DNA from: Octopus vulgaris
Taxonomy: Eukaryota
DNA: 64,000 bases
Direction of reading: 5' to 3'
Assembly (NCBI GenBank): GCA_951406725.2
Contig: OX597822.1
Location: forward strand, 3,410,001 to 3,474,000
Shown: piece after piece, positions 41,242 through 54,874 of the stretch
Position numbering within the stretch: position 1 is the stretch's first letter
How the letters are laid out: each line of letters begins with the position of its first letter
Position numbers and translations under genes: made by a program
Notes under the pieces: model-generated
The model's input: only the letters and a program-made list of their open reading frames with translations
What the model was told of the DNA's origin: nothing
The model's database searches: none

Positions 41242-41306
41242 TAAATCCACCAGGGCAATGCGGCAAGTATTTAGATCAGCAAGGAACATCATGGTTACAA
41301 CTATAT
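37403..41306. repeat. Head-to-tail tandem duplication, unit about 1955 bp (37403-39357 / 39358-41306)
   Basis: Both units start gtacacatgtttctgcaac and end ggttacaactatat. Paired ORFs are offset by 1955 (37812/39767, 37906/39861). Each unit holds unique sequence, 2 SINE B, 2 SINE A and an RTE piece. Confidence 0.95.
38807..39262 (+). mobile_element. SINE family A inserted in RTE LINE (duplicated copy)
   Basis: Full-length family A; aatcca on both sides (candidate TSD). Confidence 0.9.
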
Positions 41307-43062
41307 GTTGATATCCAACTGTCGTTTGACACAAGCAACATCCGCGAAATGTATGAGAGTGTGAAGTAAGCTATCAGACCAACCCAGCGTATGATATCTC
41401 CAATCACATCCAGAACAGGGGAAGTTATCAAGGGCAAAAAGAAAGCAGCTGTAGAGATGGGGGAAACATTATTCCGAACTTTACGTGAAGGAAAGCAAAA
41501 TCTCGGACATCGTAGAACACCTACCTGTGATGGAGGCACTGGACACACTGCCAAGTGCTGAAGAACTGAGCAGAGCCATTGATAGCCGGCCCACTGGAAA
41601 AGTACCGGGTTTGGTTGGTATCCCACGAGAGATCATCAGATGTGCAAGGAAAGTTTAACTGAGCCACTTACTGAAGCAACTGTGTCAGTGCAGTGCTGAG
41701 AGGCGGGAACAGCCCCGCAAGAAGGAGAGACTGCAACATTATCGCGCTATGTAAGAACAAAGGGGACAAAAGCGACTGCAACGATTACCGAGGCATCTTG
41801 CGGTTAAGCATCATCGACTGATACACAAGTGTCGAGAGCAAAGCCAACTACTCTTTATCACCTTCATTGACCTCACAAGACTCCTCAGTATTGTCCAATC
41901 ATTTCACGCGGATATGGAAGGCGTCGTTCAATTCGATGACTCTTTTTCGTAGGCATTCAACGTAAGTAGCGGCGTGAAGCAGGACTATGTGCTTGCCCCC
42001 ACTTTGTTTGGCATTTTCATTGCAATCATGCCCCAAAACCTGCATTTGGGACATCGACTGATAGTGTTTACCTTCACACCACACCAGACGATAAACTGTG
42101 CAGTCTGTCAAGGCTAGAAGAAAAATCCAAGAGTGCGCCAGGTACTCATCAGAGAAATGCTGTCTGCATATGACGCAACACTAACAGCGCACTCTGAGGA
42201 GCTAATACAGCAGCTCGTGAACAAACTTTCAAAAGCCTGTCAGGAATTCAGCTATGAGTCTGAAGAAAACCAAAGTAATGGGCCAAGGTGTCAAGCACCC
42301 CACCCCACCACCGCCAACACCATAAACAGCTACAAACTGGAGGCAGTCCATGAATTCACTTACCTTCGCTCTACTATCGCTGATGACCTATCCCTGAACC
42401 CTGAGATCCACAGACGAATTGGACAAGCATCCTTCGCATTTGTCAGACTCACAAAGGAAAACAGAAAACTGCTTGTAACCACCAAGACCGCTCTCCAAAA
42501 GGCGTAGGTCCTTAGTATGCTATTCTACGGCAGTGAGACGTGGAGACTCTACTCCAGACAGGAGCGGCGGCTCAATGTCATCTGCCATGGTAATCTGAGA
42601 CGCACGCTGGATATCAAGTGGACCATCCACATTACCAACTCCGAAATCCTCAACTGCGCTAAGATACCCAGCATACGCACACTGCTCCAGCCGCGGTCAA
42701 ATACATTTCATGGCGGAAGGCTTCCTGTATGGAGAATTTGCCACCGGCACAAGGGCACCAGGATAGCCTCATCTCTATCTCAAGGACGTCGGTAAGAGGG
42801 ATATGAAGTCACTTATTCTTGTCGTCCTGAGATGGTACCTGGTCGCAAATGATTGACCACACTGGAGACAAAAACTGCGAATGAGAATGAAGCGAGCGGA
42901 AGATAAACAGGAACTCGCCTCCGAAGAAAAAATGCGCACACGAAAGGAGGAAAATCAGTAGGGCCGGGAGGGAGCTCCTTCCCGTATGTGTGACTGCCAA
43001 CCCCGTGTGGGCCTGTACAGCCACAAAAGACGACACGATATCCGGGCGCAGATTTATGGCCG

Positions 43063-43063
<1 letters not shown>
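40583..43063 (+). mobile_element. RTE-clade LINE, 5'-truncated and decayed, with SINE A inserted at about 40754-41242
   Basis: TWDSLRDIIHNTALRTF..QDWFE..; NIREMYESVK*AIRP..PSAEELSRAID..GKVPGLVGIPREI; GVKQDYVLAPTLFGIF; REMLSAYDATLTAHSEE (LFADD); LEAVHEFTYLRSTI; LFYGSETW. Confidence 0.9.
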
Positions 43064-43115
<52 letters not shown>

Positions 43116-43116
43116 C

Positions 43117-43148
<32 letters not shown>

Positions 43149-43586
43149 TTAAGTAGATGAATGAATTATCCTAGTATGGATAATTCGGTTAATCGATACC
43201 TGGGCAGAAAATTCACGTCAGTAAAACACGGTTAAGGTTACATGCCAAGGGCAGAACCCTGTGTTCGTGTGTGGAAATTTGTGTGTTTTTTTTATGAATA
43301 AATGAAAAGAATGGAGTCGAACGAAGATTTTAACAAAATTCCTTTACTTTCGACATATGTTTCGAAGACTGAATACTCTTAATTCCGAAGGAATGAAGGT
43401 TGCATTATGCATATATATATAATTATTTCTAAATCTCTCTGGGTATTAATAGTAAACGCCAAGCTAACATGGCAGCCAGAAGAATAGAAAGAAACGTTGC
43501 TGTTGATTAGCTCCATACAAACCTGTGTCCAGTACAACCTTCAAACAGGAAAGGTCATTAGCTTCCCCATGTTTGTTCAGACACCC

Positions 43587-43622
43587 ACAGACTAGTTTTA
43601 GGGTATTTGCCTTCATCAATGT
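43587..43622 (-). ncRNA. Degenerate minimal hammerhead motif
   Basis: Minus strand aca-TTGATGA-agg-caaatac-cct-AAAAC-ta-GTC-tgt; palindromic ACTAGT; two core substitutions. Confidence 0.45.
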
Positions 43623-44464
43623 CGAGTAGTCGAAGCCAGCAGGCGTCGTTGTTGATTATCTGTTCGAAGGCGTCCTGTTTAGGTGGGGAACTTATGAGCC
43701 AAAGAAACCGGGAAACAGGCCCTTAGGGGTTAGGCATGGCTCGAGAAGAAACAAACAACAACAATAATACACGGACACTCATACTCGCGCACATATAATA
43801 ATTGAAGTTTTATTGCATCATTGGTTTGGCATTTATAACTGGGCATCTTGCAGGTGTTGAACTTATATAGGTTGTTTAAATTGATTCCTCTGTATAACCT
43901 TAATAGCCTGCTTTCTGCTTTAGAAATCTAATTTAAGCACAAACTTAAATTCGATGCTCTCCGTTTGCATATGTTATACTGAAATATATATATATATAGA
44001 GAGAGAGAGACATTTGAATACATTTGTATTATTCTGATAAATACTTCCTTTACGACTATTTATTTATCTATGTATATGTATGTAATTGTACGTATATAAG
44101 TATATACGTAAGTATATATTTGTAAATGTATATAAATGCATTCACACACATACACACACGCACGCTCATACGCACACACACACATATACACACACACCCA
44201 TATATATATATATGTGTGTGTGTGTGGATAGTGTGAATGCATGCTCACGCTTGTTTGTAAGTGTAAGTGTGTTTGTGGTTGTCGAAACGGTGTCTCGTGC
44301 CTCTGGTAAGCACTAAATATATTCCTGTCGCTTAAAAGCTCGTGCAAAGGCAAGAATTTTCCATTTTATATGAAATTTAGTCCTAATAAAACTCCAGTAC
44401 ACAAAAATGGATTATGCAGTAATGCTCGTGCATTCGTTCTCAGAAATGTGAATAATCAATACGT

Positions 44465-45427
44465 TGATTGGTTCAGAAAAATATTTTATTGAATTAATCA
44501 TAGATTTTAGTGGACACGTACTTCAAAACAGTAATTTTTTAGATATCATCTGAAACTATGTCACCAGCTAAAAGCATTCTTAATGAAAAAAAGAACGAAA
44601 AATAAATGAATTACATTAATACATTAACATAGAATCGAACCAACCTTAGATTATATTAAACAATATTATGAAGGTTATTAGTATTCATTTATCTTGCATA
44701 TCATAACTTTTACTAAAATAACCAAAATAAACATAAATCGATATAGGTACAGAAAGTACAAGGTGTTATAGTTGAATCTTTCTTTCAATTTAAGTGTAGA
44801 TATTAATATAAACAAAAGATTTTGAATCTAGTAAATATGCACTTTCGAAAGTACAGGAAAACATGCCAGATTAGTGTATTAATCTTGTATTAAAATCAAC
44901 TATTCTATAACTGAGGATTTCACTATATTTTCCTTATTTCTTTTTCTAATATCAATAGTAACATATATTCAAAACCTAAGAAATATCAATAATAATGCAA
45001 CATGTAATTTCATTATTTCAATAACATTCCTTTACATGATGGTTGTATAGCTTGTTCTAATGTGTGTCACGCATAGCTATATAAAAACGATGATTCAAAC
45101 AGTCAAAAATGATATCCGTCTTGCAGCGAAGAAATCGGACGACGCTTTATCGAAGAATATTTGGGAGCTTGCGTGATAGATATATATAAATTAACACTCA
45201 TGTGTCTTCAAGAGACAACGACGAGCAAAAGATTATTAGTCAGTGGTATTTACGGAAGTACCCATCCAGATAAAAATATTCTGAAATGGGAATTAGTATT
45301 ACGTTCGATTATCGGAAAAATCCTCATACACCTGGAGTGTTTTAATATCGAACTGCTACAGATTTTCGTCAACAATGTTCGCTTCGTTTGGTTCTCGTAA
45401 TATTCCCGCAGGAGACGCTTTAAATAT
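44465..45427 (-). other. Candidate terminal exon (short ORF or non-coding) with AT-rich 3' UTR
   Basis: Acceptor aagttttttgattatag|A at 45427; one frame open to 45250 (YLKRLLREYYENQTKRTLLTKICSSSILKHSRCMRIFPIIER..); AATAAA at 44485-44490; no repeat recognised over about 1 kb. Confidence 0.3.
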
Positions 45428-45859
45428 CTATAATCAAAAAACTTAAAACTTTGATATATACATCATTGGAACTTCTTTTTCATGCACATCGTATAATTTC
45501 ATGTTCCACGCATTGCCCTATTTTGGCGAGTCAATAAGATCGGTGGATCACTTTTCAGATATTTCTGTGCAAACCAAACTGATTATTCATAACTCAACGT
45601 GGAGAAACTCGTCAAGTCTCAGTTATATGCATTCGGTTATGTTTAAACCTTGTAACTTATCATTTCGGACAAATATCATGTAGAATGAGTATCAGATATA
45701 AAAAGCAAGAGATAAATGGTCCATTTGATCAGTTAAAACCCTGGAGGCGGTACCTCAGCACGGTTGCCACCCATTCATCGAAAATATCGAAAAGAAGTTT
45801 GTTTACAAAATGTTTTCACATTGCAAAAGCTATTACTCAGCATTATAAAAGAACGAAGT

Positions 45860-46075
45860 CTGGCACCAGGGTTTTTTGTCTCAGTGGTTCCGAACACTCA
45901 ACCGGAATTTCAGAGGTACAAGGTTCGATTCCCCGTGGAGGCGGGTTGCTGGTCACTTTCCTTTAATTTTCTTAAGGGTATTTACTCGATCTTCTAAACT
46001 GTCTTCAAAATTATTCTACGTTCGCGAACTCTTTTATCGATGTTGTAGAATACCGATACATTTAGAAGTATATTT
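45860..46075 (+). mobile_element. tRNA-derived SINE-like head
   Basis: gtctcagtggtt (A box-like) ... ggttcgattccccg (B box); no complete cloverleaf. Confidence 0.45.
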
Positions 46076-46078
46076 GCA

Positions 46079-46129
<51 letters not shown>

Positions 46130-46137
46130 TACATACA

Positions 46138-46252
<115 letters not shown>

Positions 46253-46262
46253 CTGAAATTAC

Positions 46263-46458
46263 AATTTAGGATATCTAAGAGATACCTCTACGCTGGAAAT
46301 AGCAGTCAAAACGTGACACTAAAACCGCATTAAATGTTCATACAGCAACAGGAGAAAAGTTCTTTAATTTTACTCCTGTATGAACATTTAATGTGGTTTT
46401 AGAGTCAAGTTTTGACTGCTATTTCCAGCTTGGAGGTATGTCTTAGATATCCAAAATT
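46263..46458. mobile_element. About 196-bp palindromic MITE-like element
   Basis: Arms ggatatctaagagatacctc..gctggaaatagcagtcaaaac..cattaaatgttcatacag and its reverse complement with few mismatches; flanked by TA-rich sequence. Confidence 0.75.
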
Positions 46459-46563
46459 ATAATTTTAAATAATTATTACCTTTGAAAGGATTTTATTCCC
46501 ATGCTGGCAATCTGATAAGATCGGTATTTAAAAGTCGATCTTATACTTATATATATATGTATG

Positions 46564-46624
<61 letters not shown>

Positions 46625-46646
46625 ACACACATGTATATATATACAT

Positions 46647-46684
<38 letters not shown>

Positions 46685-46746
46685 ATACATCATATATATA
46701 CATAAATATATTATATATATATACATATATATATATATATACATAC

Positions 46747-46779
<33 letters not shown>

Positions 46780-46848
46780 CATATATATATACATATATAT
46801 ACATACACAGAAACACGCACATATTTATCCCTTCCCTCTCTCTCTCAC

Positions 46849-46923
<75 letters not shown>

Positions 46924-46924
46924 A

Positions 46925-47690
46925 TACGTAATCCCCGGATTTTGGGTAAGGATAAAGTTATCTATATTTCCAATTTTATATAATTCCCATCATTATCGAT
47001 GACTTCCTTCCACTTTTGTTTTTCGATTCCATTGGAGAAAAACTCTTTTGGTTTTAATGGGAGGAAAGAAAGGAGGATAATTTCGATCTCTTTGGGAATT
47101 TTCTTCTGTAAATAATTCTTCTGTACATAATTCTGAAAGCTTCCAAACAAATTACAATCAGGAGTGAGTTCCGAGGAATAAGGCAGACGAGGGAATCTTT
47201 CCTAGCCAATTTCTTCCATTTTTTCTGAGGTAAACTTTGCAGGGCGGGAATTCGCATTATCATGATGAAATCCCAATCTCTGATGATTTGCCAAAGCAGA
47301 CATCTTTTTCTTCAACGCAGCAACCCAACGCTGTGATTGTTGACAATAGGTGTGAGCAGTAATTGTTACATTAGTTGGTAGCAGCTCAAAGTAGATGACT
47401 CCAGTGCAACTCCACCAAACAGAACGAAGAGCCATTTTTGCATGGATGTCCTTTTTGGTTGAGGTTTAGCCACATTTAAACTATTGCTTGCGTCGCTTAA
47501 CAGTTTCCGGAAAAACCTATTTTTCATCACTACTCTAATCTGTGTACTATCGTGAGATATGTTCAAGAGAGGGAAGAGGCGAGCAGATGTCCACCCGTGA
47601 CTTTCGGTTGGCTTCTGGCGAATCATGGGAACCCATTTTCTGAGTTTGGGCAACTTCCCTTGTTGTTGAAGATGGCTATACAACACTCAC
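46925..47690 (-). mobile_element. Mariner (Mos1/SETMAR-like) transposase pseudogene, 5'-truncated
   Basis: SHLQQQGKLPKLRKWVP..; LRSVWWSCTGVIYFELLPTNVTITAHTYCQQ..FHHDNA..; [26 protein letters not shown]. Confidence 0.9.
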
Positions 47691-48960
47691 AATTACATAT
47701 GCTCCAACTATGGATTCATCAGAGTATGGTAAACTTGCCTTCTATCCATCAATTACAGACATTTACGTAGTGTCCCCCTTGATGACAAAGTTGCCATTTT
47801 AGGTGATTTCGATGCTCGGGTTGGTGCACATTGGGAGACCTGGGGTGTCTTGAGAAGGCATAGGTTTGGGAGCTCCAACAGTAATGGTTTACTATTATTG
47901 CAAATGTGCCTAGAGATGGATTATTTTTGTGCCTTAACACAATATTTCAACTAAAAAATAATTCTAAAACGGCATGGATGTACCCTGGTTTTAAGAAATG
48001 GCATTTTATAGATTACATCTTCACTAGGAAACGAGATAATATGGGTTTTGCTATTGAACGAGTGATGTGCAGTGCAGAGTGCTGAACCGATCATAGGCTA
48101 TTCCGTGCCAAGGTGAATTTTGTTATCAAGCCTAAAATTAGAGCAAATAACAAGTTACCAAAACGGATTAATGTCAATAAACTTAAGATATCGTCAGTAC
48201 ACAATCAGTTTGTGTGAGAGATAAATAATTTGTCATGTGATTGAAGATGGAAGTCATTCAAAGAAAGAGTATATGAGGTTTGTAGTAACATTCTTGGCTT
48301 GGGTGTACAAAAGGCACCAAGAATGGTTTGACGATAATAATGAAGAAGTTAGTCTTATCTTAGAGGAGAAGGAAAAGGCATTTAACATGTTGCAAAATGT
48401 TGACAGGTGAGCAAACCGGACAATGGCTACACCTTTCAAGGCAGTAACAGTAAATGCAGAGGAAGCTGAGGATGATGCAAGAAAATTTGTACAGTGATAG
48501 ATGTGATGAAAAGCAAGAAGCTTCAAATGCTAACAATTCCAAACTTTTTTACTCTCTCTTTGAAAAGGTTTATGGAATCAAAGGTTGCGTTACGTCGGTG
48601 CAAGGATGGCACAGAAATATTAACAAATCCTTAAGATATTGTAGGGAGATGGAAAGAGCATTTTGATGAGTTGCTCAATAGACCCACTGAAGCTGACCTC
48701 TCTCTCCTTGATAATATATCTGAGAGACCAACAAAACATCTTTTAGCAGAGGTTCAAAACCTGGCTGAAATAAAAGCGGCAAACAGGAAATTGATCACTG
48801 AAAAAGCCCCTGGTATATATGGACTAGGTGCAGAGATATATAAATACGGTGGTGATCGTCTTTATACAATGTTAACGGCTGTGATTAAGAGAGTTTGACA
48901 TAGTAAAGAGGTCCTTCCGAATTGACGCGATGCGACTATGGAGATTCTATATACATCGAA
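47685..48960 (+). mobile_element. RTE-clade LINE fragment (APE endonuclease to start of RT), decayed
   Basis: TYAPTMDSSEYGKLAFY..DKVAILGDFDARVG..NSNGLLLL..TAWMYPGFKKWHFIDYIFTRKRD..SAEC*TDHRL; RWKEHFDELLNRP..KAPGIYGLGAEIYKYGG. Confidence 0.85.
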
Positions 48961-50001
48961 AGGTGGAAAGGATGTCAAGTAATAATTGGCAGAAGTTACA
49001 GAGTGATTCAAGAGCTGAGAGTTTCGTGCGTTGGCACTTATTAGGTAATAAGTGATGAATACCACCTCACGAAATTTTATATATACTCATGACTTGATTA
49101 CTATTTTTCTTGATTGTGTAACCAAACATAATTATATATGTGTGTGTCTGTGTGTGCATGCATGTGTGTGTGTGTGTGTGTGTGTGCATGTGTGGAGAGA
49201 GAAAGAGAGAGAAATAGAGAAAGAGGGTAATACAGTAATAGGTGAGCGCAAAAAGGTAGAAACATATACGCATACAGGTGTGTGTGTGTAATATAAATAA
49301 ATAAACACACACACATACAAACATATATATATATACATATATATATAGGTGTGTGTGTATATGTGTTTGTGTGTGTGTGTATGTGTGTGTGCATGCCTGT
49401 ATGTATGTGTGTGTGTGTAACGATGCATTCAGATACTCACACACACGTTATATTAACACGTGTATGCATGCACGTATGAAAGTATATCATGGTATATACA
49501 AATCTTTACTTACAAACAGAAAATATCGCGTGGTCTGAGAATGCATGAGCAAAAGAAATACGCAAAAAACCCAAAAAAAGAATCGCACCATATTTTTCTC
49601 CAGGTCTAATTAATCATCAGTAAATGACAATCGAAAAAAACTACCGTTGACAGGTAATTATTACATGCTGTCTTCATCTATCATATCGTCGTATAAAAAT
49701 ATGACCATAATTTATCGCTCTTCCTTCCGAGATGCTTAAAATGCTTTACTAGATAATATATATGGAACAAGATAACATACAGATGTTCTAAAGAAATATA
49801 CGATGAAAATATTTCTGTTAATTTATTTGGAAATAATAAAATACAAAAATCTTGATATAAGTAACGTGATACGAAGCATCATGTTCTTCTAATATTACTT
49901 GCCCTCATTTTTCACGTGTGTATTTCTTAATCAGTTCTCGGTTGTGTATGATACTTAGGCATTCTCTTGTTGCATATATTGTTCGCTCTGTATATAATGT
50001 G

Positions 50002-50079
<78 letters not shown>

Positions 50080-50258
50080 TCCTTAATGATGATGCATATC
50101 ACAGATTTTAAAAACATATATAATCAATATATATATATGTTTACAATCTATATCTGCCTCTAATGGAACTATCTCATATATATGTATTATATATATGCAA
50201 TTTTGCAACTATATACATATAATCTTACTGTATGGTTAACACCATAATATTATTATAA

Positions 50259-50321
<63 letters not shown>

Positions 50322-50485
50322 GCACATATGTCTATATTTACATGCATTTATATAAGAAGGGCGCTTCTTAAAGCAATATCTTTGCTAAAAATAGGAGTCA
50401 AAACATACTGAACCACAAAAATCAACAATATATTATCACAGGCATGGTTGGTAAAAAACTAATTTAAATTAGGATTGCCTCTTAC

Positions 50486-50615
50486 CTCTGCAAAATTGCA
50501 CGAGCGAGTGTCAACTTTATATCATGATTTCGACTCTTCCCAGTGAAGTCTACTAGTAATAAACTGATATATCACTTCAACCAATGCCTGCGTTCGTCTC
50601 AGTGCCCAAGCCGCA
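50486..50615 (-). other. Candidate internal exon (130 bp)
   Basis: Acceptor ttcacttacttgtttttatcag|T and donor GAG|gtaagag; GC-richer than flanks; all three frames contain stops when this acceptor is used. Confidence 0.35.
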
Positions 50616-50756
50616 CTGATAAAAACAAGTAAGTGAATACATATTTTTGTAAATATATAAATGTATAAAGAAATATTAATACATTAATACTCATGAGAGA
50701 TATTAATATTAGTGGCCACAAGATAAAGGTGTATAGGCAAAAATTAATGAATATGT

Positions 50757-51063
50757 ATTGTTGTATTTCGGAATGGCCATTTTGCCAGTTCAGTCAATAA
50801 AATCATATGCACTATATATTAGGTGTTACTTTGCTTCAGCTTTATTTATTTTTTACATTAATCTTAATCTTATTTCGGCCAGAGTTCTTTCGTCACACTC
50901 CTGTGACCTCATCAGTGGTCCTTTGCGTTCTTCTTTCTTATTTGTGGGTCTCTCCTGACTAACGGTCAGCCATTTTGTATTTTGTATTCCTATTGTATGT
51001 GTCTTCATTTGCGTATGCGTATACCTCTATGTGTGTCTATATTTATATATATATACATATATG

Positions 51064-51098
<35 letters not shown>

Positions 51099-51414
51099 AT
51101 GTATGTATATATGTTGTGTGGACGCCCCCAGACGATGAAGCAGGCTAGCCCAATACGCAGATATAGACACATACAATAGGAATACAATACAAGATACAAA
51201 ATGGCTGACGTTTAGTAAGGAGAGACACACAAACAAGAAAGAAGAAAGCAAAGGACCACTGATGGGGTCACAGGAGTGTAACGAAAGAACTCTGGCCGAA
51301 ATAAGATTAAGATTAATGTAAAAAATAAAGCTGAAGCAAATTAACACCAAATATATAGTGCGTGTGTTTTTATTGGCTAAACTGGCAAAATTACCATTCC
51401 TAAATACAACAATA
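50757..51414. mobile_element. Inverted pair of Penelope-like terminal-repeat fragments (about 260-bp arms)
   Basis: 50757-51016 is the reverse complement of 51153-51414 with scattered mismatches; each arm carries a hammerhead motif; same family as 6800-7250. Confidence 0.75.
50877..50920 (-). ncRNA. Minimal type I hammerhead ribozyme motif, intact core
   Basis: Minus strand cca-CTGATGA-g-GTCACA-ggag-TGTGAC-GAAA-gaa-CTC-tgg: 6-bp stem II, stem I cca/tgg, CUC triplet. Confidence 0.7.
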
Positions 51415-52224
51415 TATATATATGTATATATATATGACGGACCCTTCTGAAGAAAACGACATATCTGCATTCAGCTTTTGCCGAACAATCTGAACAAATG
51501 AATTGTTTATAGTGATCAAATGTTCGTGCCGCTCATTCCCTCATCTTTGCCATTAAATCGACGTTGTCTGAACAGGTGCACCCAGTGAAATACAGATCGA
51601 TAGATAGATTCCAAATTCCAATTGCACGACAAAAGACCAGTGTTTAGGCGTAGATGCTTATTTCTATATATCTAAATGTAAACTGCTTGGGTCAATTTTA
51701 TGTATATGATGAGTGTAATTTAGTTGGGCTCTGCAGATGGATAGCTCATTAAGTTTGTACAGAAAGGAATCAAAACCGAAATGTTGGTTCATGAAATATT
51801 TTGTTACATCGACCCACGCTCGCTGTGATTCAGTAACGATGAAAATATATCAGTTATATGAGAAAATTCCTATGAATTGAGTGTATTGTCAAGCATTCAG
51901 AGATTACACTTCTCATTTGTTCTTTACAATAGTCAAACTGGACTGGCGACAGTGTTAAAATATAGAACAAAAATAACGTTTACGAAAATTCAACATCCTG
52001 CCAAAGAACCTAAGAGACCTGCAAGGTATACATGCGGAATCGTTCAAAAAGCACCTGGAATGCCAGATGAGCCCACATCACTGCAAAACAGTACTGAAAG
52101 GATGAGCCCAGATCACGCCAAAGACTGTACTGAAAGGAGACTCAAATACACTGAAAGACGCTGCTCCAGCATGGCTCCAGCTGAAACCAGTTAGACAGTA
52201 AAAGAGTAAAAGAATAACAAGTTG

Positions 52225-52410
52225 AACCTCTGCTATACACACTGCTTCATAAGTCCTTGAACGTTAAGAGAACCCTCAAATATCGCCGCCGTCGATCTTG
52301 TCTTTCGTCCTTTCGGGATCGATAACATAAGTGCCAGTTGAGTACTAGGGCTGATACAAGTTAACTTATCTCCCCCCCAGAACCTGCCTGCCTTGTGCCA
52401 AAATTTAAAG
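52225..52410 (+). mobile_element. SINE family B, degenerate
   Basis: gtcgatcttgtctttcgtcctttcgggatcgataacataagtgccag..ccttgtgccaaaattt. Confidence 0.65.
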
Positions 52411-52914
52411 CCAACAGAATCCATTGCATTTGTAACTTCTATTTTCTGTGGTCAGTATTTGAATTTTCCAAAGAATCTTTGTGAGATTCTGGTACAGGCA
52501 GATTTTCGAATTCTGGGAATTAACTAATCTCAAAATGTTGTCACAGAAACACATATACTTTACAGAGATTTAATCGACATACAGGCTGAAATTTTATAGT
52601 TGGTACCACTTTAAATTTTTTCTACCATTTTTCAATGTTACTTGAAAAGCTTATGGACATTTAGACTTCTACTTAAGAGACATTCTTGCACCAATGACGC
52701 TATCAGCAAATTTTAATCGAAGCCATATAGGAGAACCGAAAACTTATTTTCTCATAAATGTGAAATACCTCGAGTAATTTTTTCCGTTTTGAATCTTGAA
52801 TACATTTTTGTTTCATTTTACCTACTGAAAAGATGTTTTGTATGCATTATGAATGTATATCTGTCTTCATATCTATCCTCATAAAGGTCGGTAATCACAA
52901 TGAATGCGCTATGA

Positions 52915-52954
<40 letters not shown>

Positions 52955-53269
52955 GTATTAGAATTTTTTGCGTAATGAGATAAAAAAAACCAAGGCTGTG
53001 TAGGTATTAGAACATTTATAGGTAGAAGTTCTTACAGCCGTTTCCAGGATAATTATTAATTATATCCCTCCGGTGTGAGAGGATGGTAAAGTCATAGTTA
53101 GTTTAGATGTGATACAAAATAGAGAGTGAGGTGGAGGAAAGAAAATAGATGTGTAGATATGTAGGAATATTGAAGGTGTCGATCCATCTTTTATGGTCTG
53201 TATATAGCACTTATACAGTATTACCTGACACCTTTGGGTCTCAATTGACACCATTACTTCTTATAACCT

Positions 53270-53325
<56 letters not shown>

Positions 53326-53386
53326 GCACACACACGCATACACACACACAAACACACCGTACATACACACAAACACAAACACACAC

Positions 53387-53422
<36 letters not shown>

Positions 53423-53493
53423 ATACTCATATATCTGGATATATGTGCGTGTGCCTGTGTGTGTGTGTGTAAATATATACATTTATAGATCTC

Positions 53494-53524
<31 letters not shown>

Positions 53525-54226
53525 CTGTGTTTGTACGCGTGTGACTGACTGTCCACGTGCGCATGCATGTGCAATATACTTGCACGCTAATTAAACATTG
53601 CATTTTTCGTGATTGTATGTCAACAAATAAGATGATCGATATATGCTATGCTAAATATGTCACTGTTATGTGTTATTGTAATTGTTACTATTATGGGTAT
53701 TATTCTTCCTCATGCTGTTGTGTATTTTTCCTCTTTCTTCTTCGTTCAAACGTGTCCATTCGTACTCTAACATGTTTACTTGTATACGTACAAACATGTG
53801 ATTCTTTTGTTTCGTTTTTTGATATATTTTTCCGTTGGAGATTTCTCTTTAATGGTGTTTAGATTTGACTCCCTCTGTGTTTCTGGCCGCTCTTTATGCG
53901 CATGACTTTAAAGACAATTCTTGTCTGATAAACATCGAAATCCGCACCAAAGCGATCGATATGGACAATCAATAAATATACACCGATTGAACTCGTATGA
54001 TAACTGACACCAACGCCCCATCTCAAAAATATTCTAGACTCTCTCTCGTGGACTTTTTTTGTTTGTCTGCCTGCATAAATATATATGCGTATATATACAT
54101 ATGTATGTATGTATATATATGTATATATATATAGATATAGATATAGATTCACACACACACACACACACACATACATATAAGTACATATATATTTATACGT
54201 ATACATGTATAGGTATGTACATGTAT

Positions 54227-54350
<124 letters not shown>

Positions 54351-54874
54351 TAATCCAAACATGAAAACAAAAGGGGAAGCACAACAACGCGAGGACGTGG
54401 AACAAGTATAATGTTATTGGACGCTCAGGAAAGAAGGAAATATATATATATAATGTATGTATATGCATATGTTTGTGCGTGTGTTGAGAATTGTATACAT
54501 GCAGACACATCACATACATACACACAAACACAAACACACACTCACGTAGACTCAGTCCCTCTTCATTTCCCCCCACCCACGCCTACTCCGTCTCACGATA
54601 TCACTTCTCTGCCTTCTCGTTTCATCGTTTCTCTATTTAATTCTCTTTTGCTATTTGCCACGCCCCTTATCTCTAACATCCTTTTCACATGAATATAATG
54701 AAACCAGTTTCTCCTGTAGCTTTTCTCTATGGTGTCTGCGTAAGGTTTTTTCCTAATCTATTTTTTTAACTGTCTTCAATGACGGGATAATTGATATATG
54801 AAAAAAAGAAATGTCTCTGTTTTTCACACGCGTTATCGTTGTTGATGTTGTTTATGCTAAAAGATATTATTATT

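Noticed and set aside
45250-45427. NPY/NPF-like neuropeptide precursor (RYLKRLLREYY)
   Set aside because: Superficial similarity only; no RxRF-G amidation motif or signal-peptide exon was found.
45860-45945. Functional tRNA gene
   Set aside because: A and B boxes are present but there is no acceptor stem or cloverleaf and no terminator; treated as a SINE head.
52070-52160. ~35-bp imperfect repeats in the 105-aa ORF 51877-52194
   Set aside because: Short degenerate minisatellite running into a SINE A tail, with no coding evidence.
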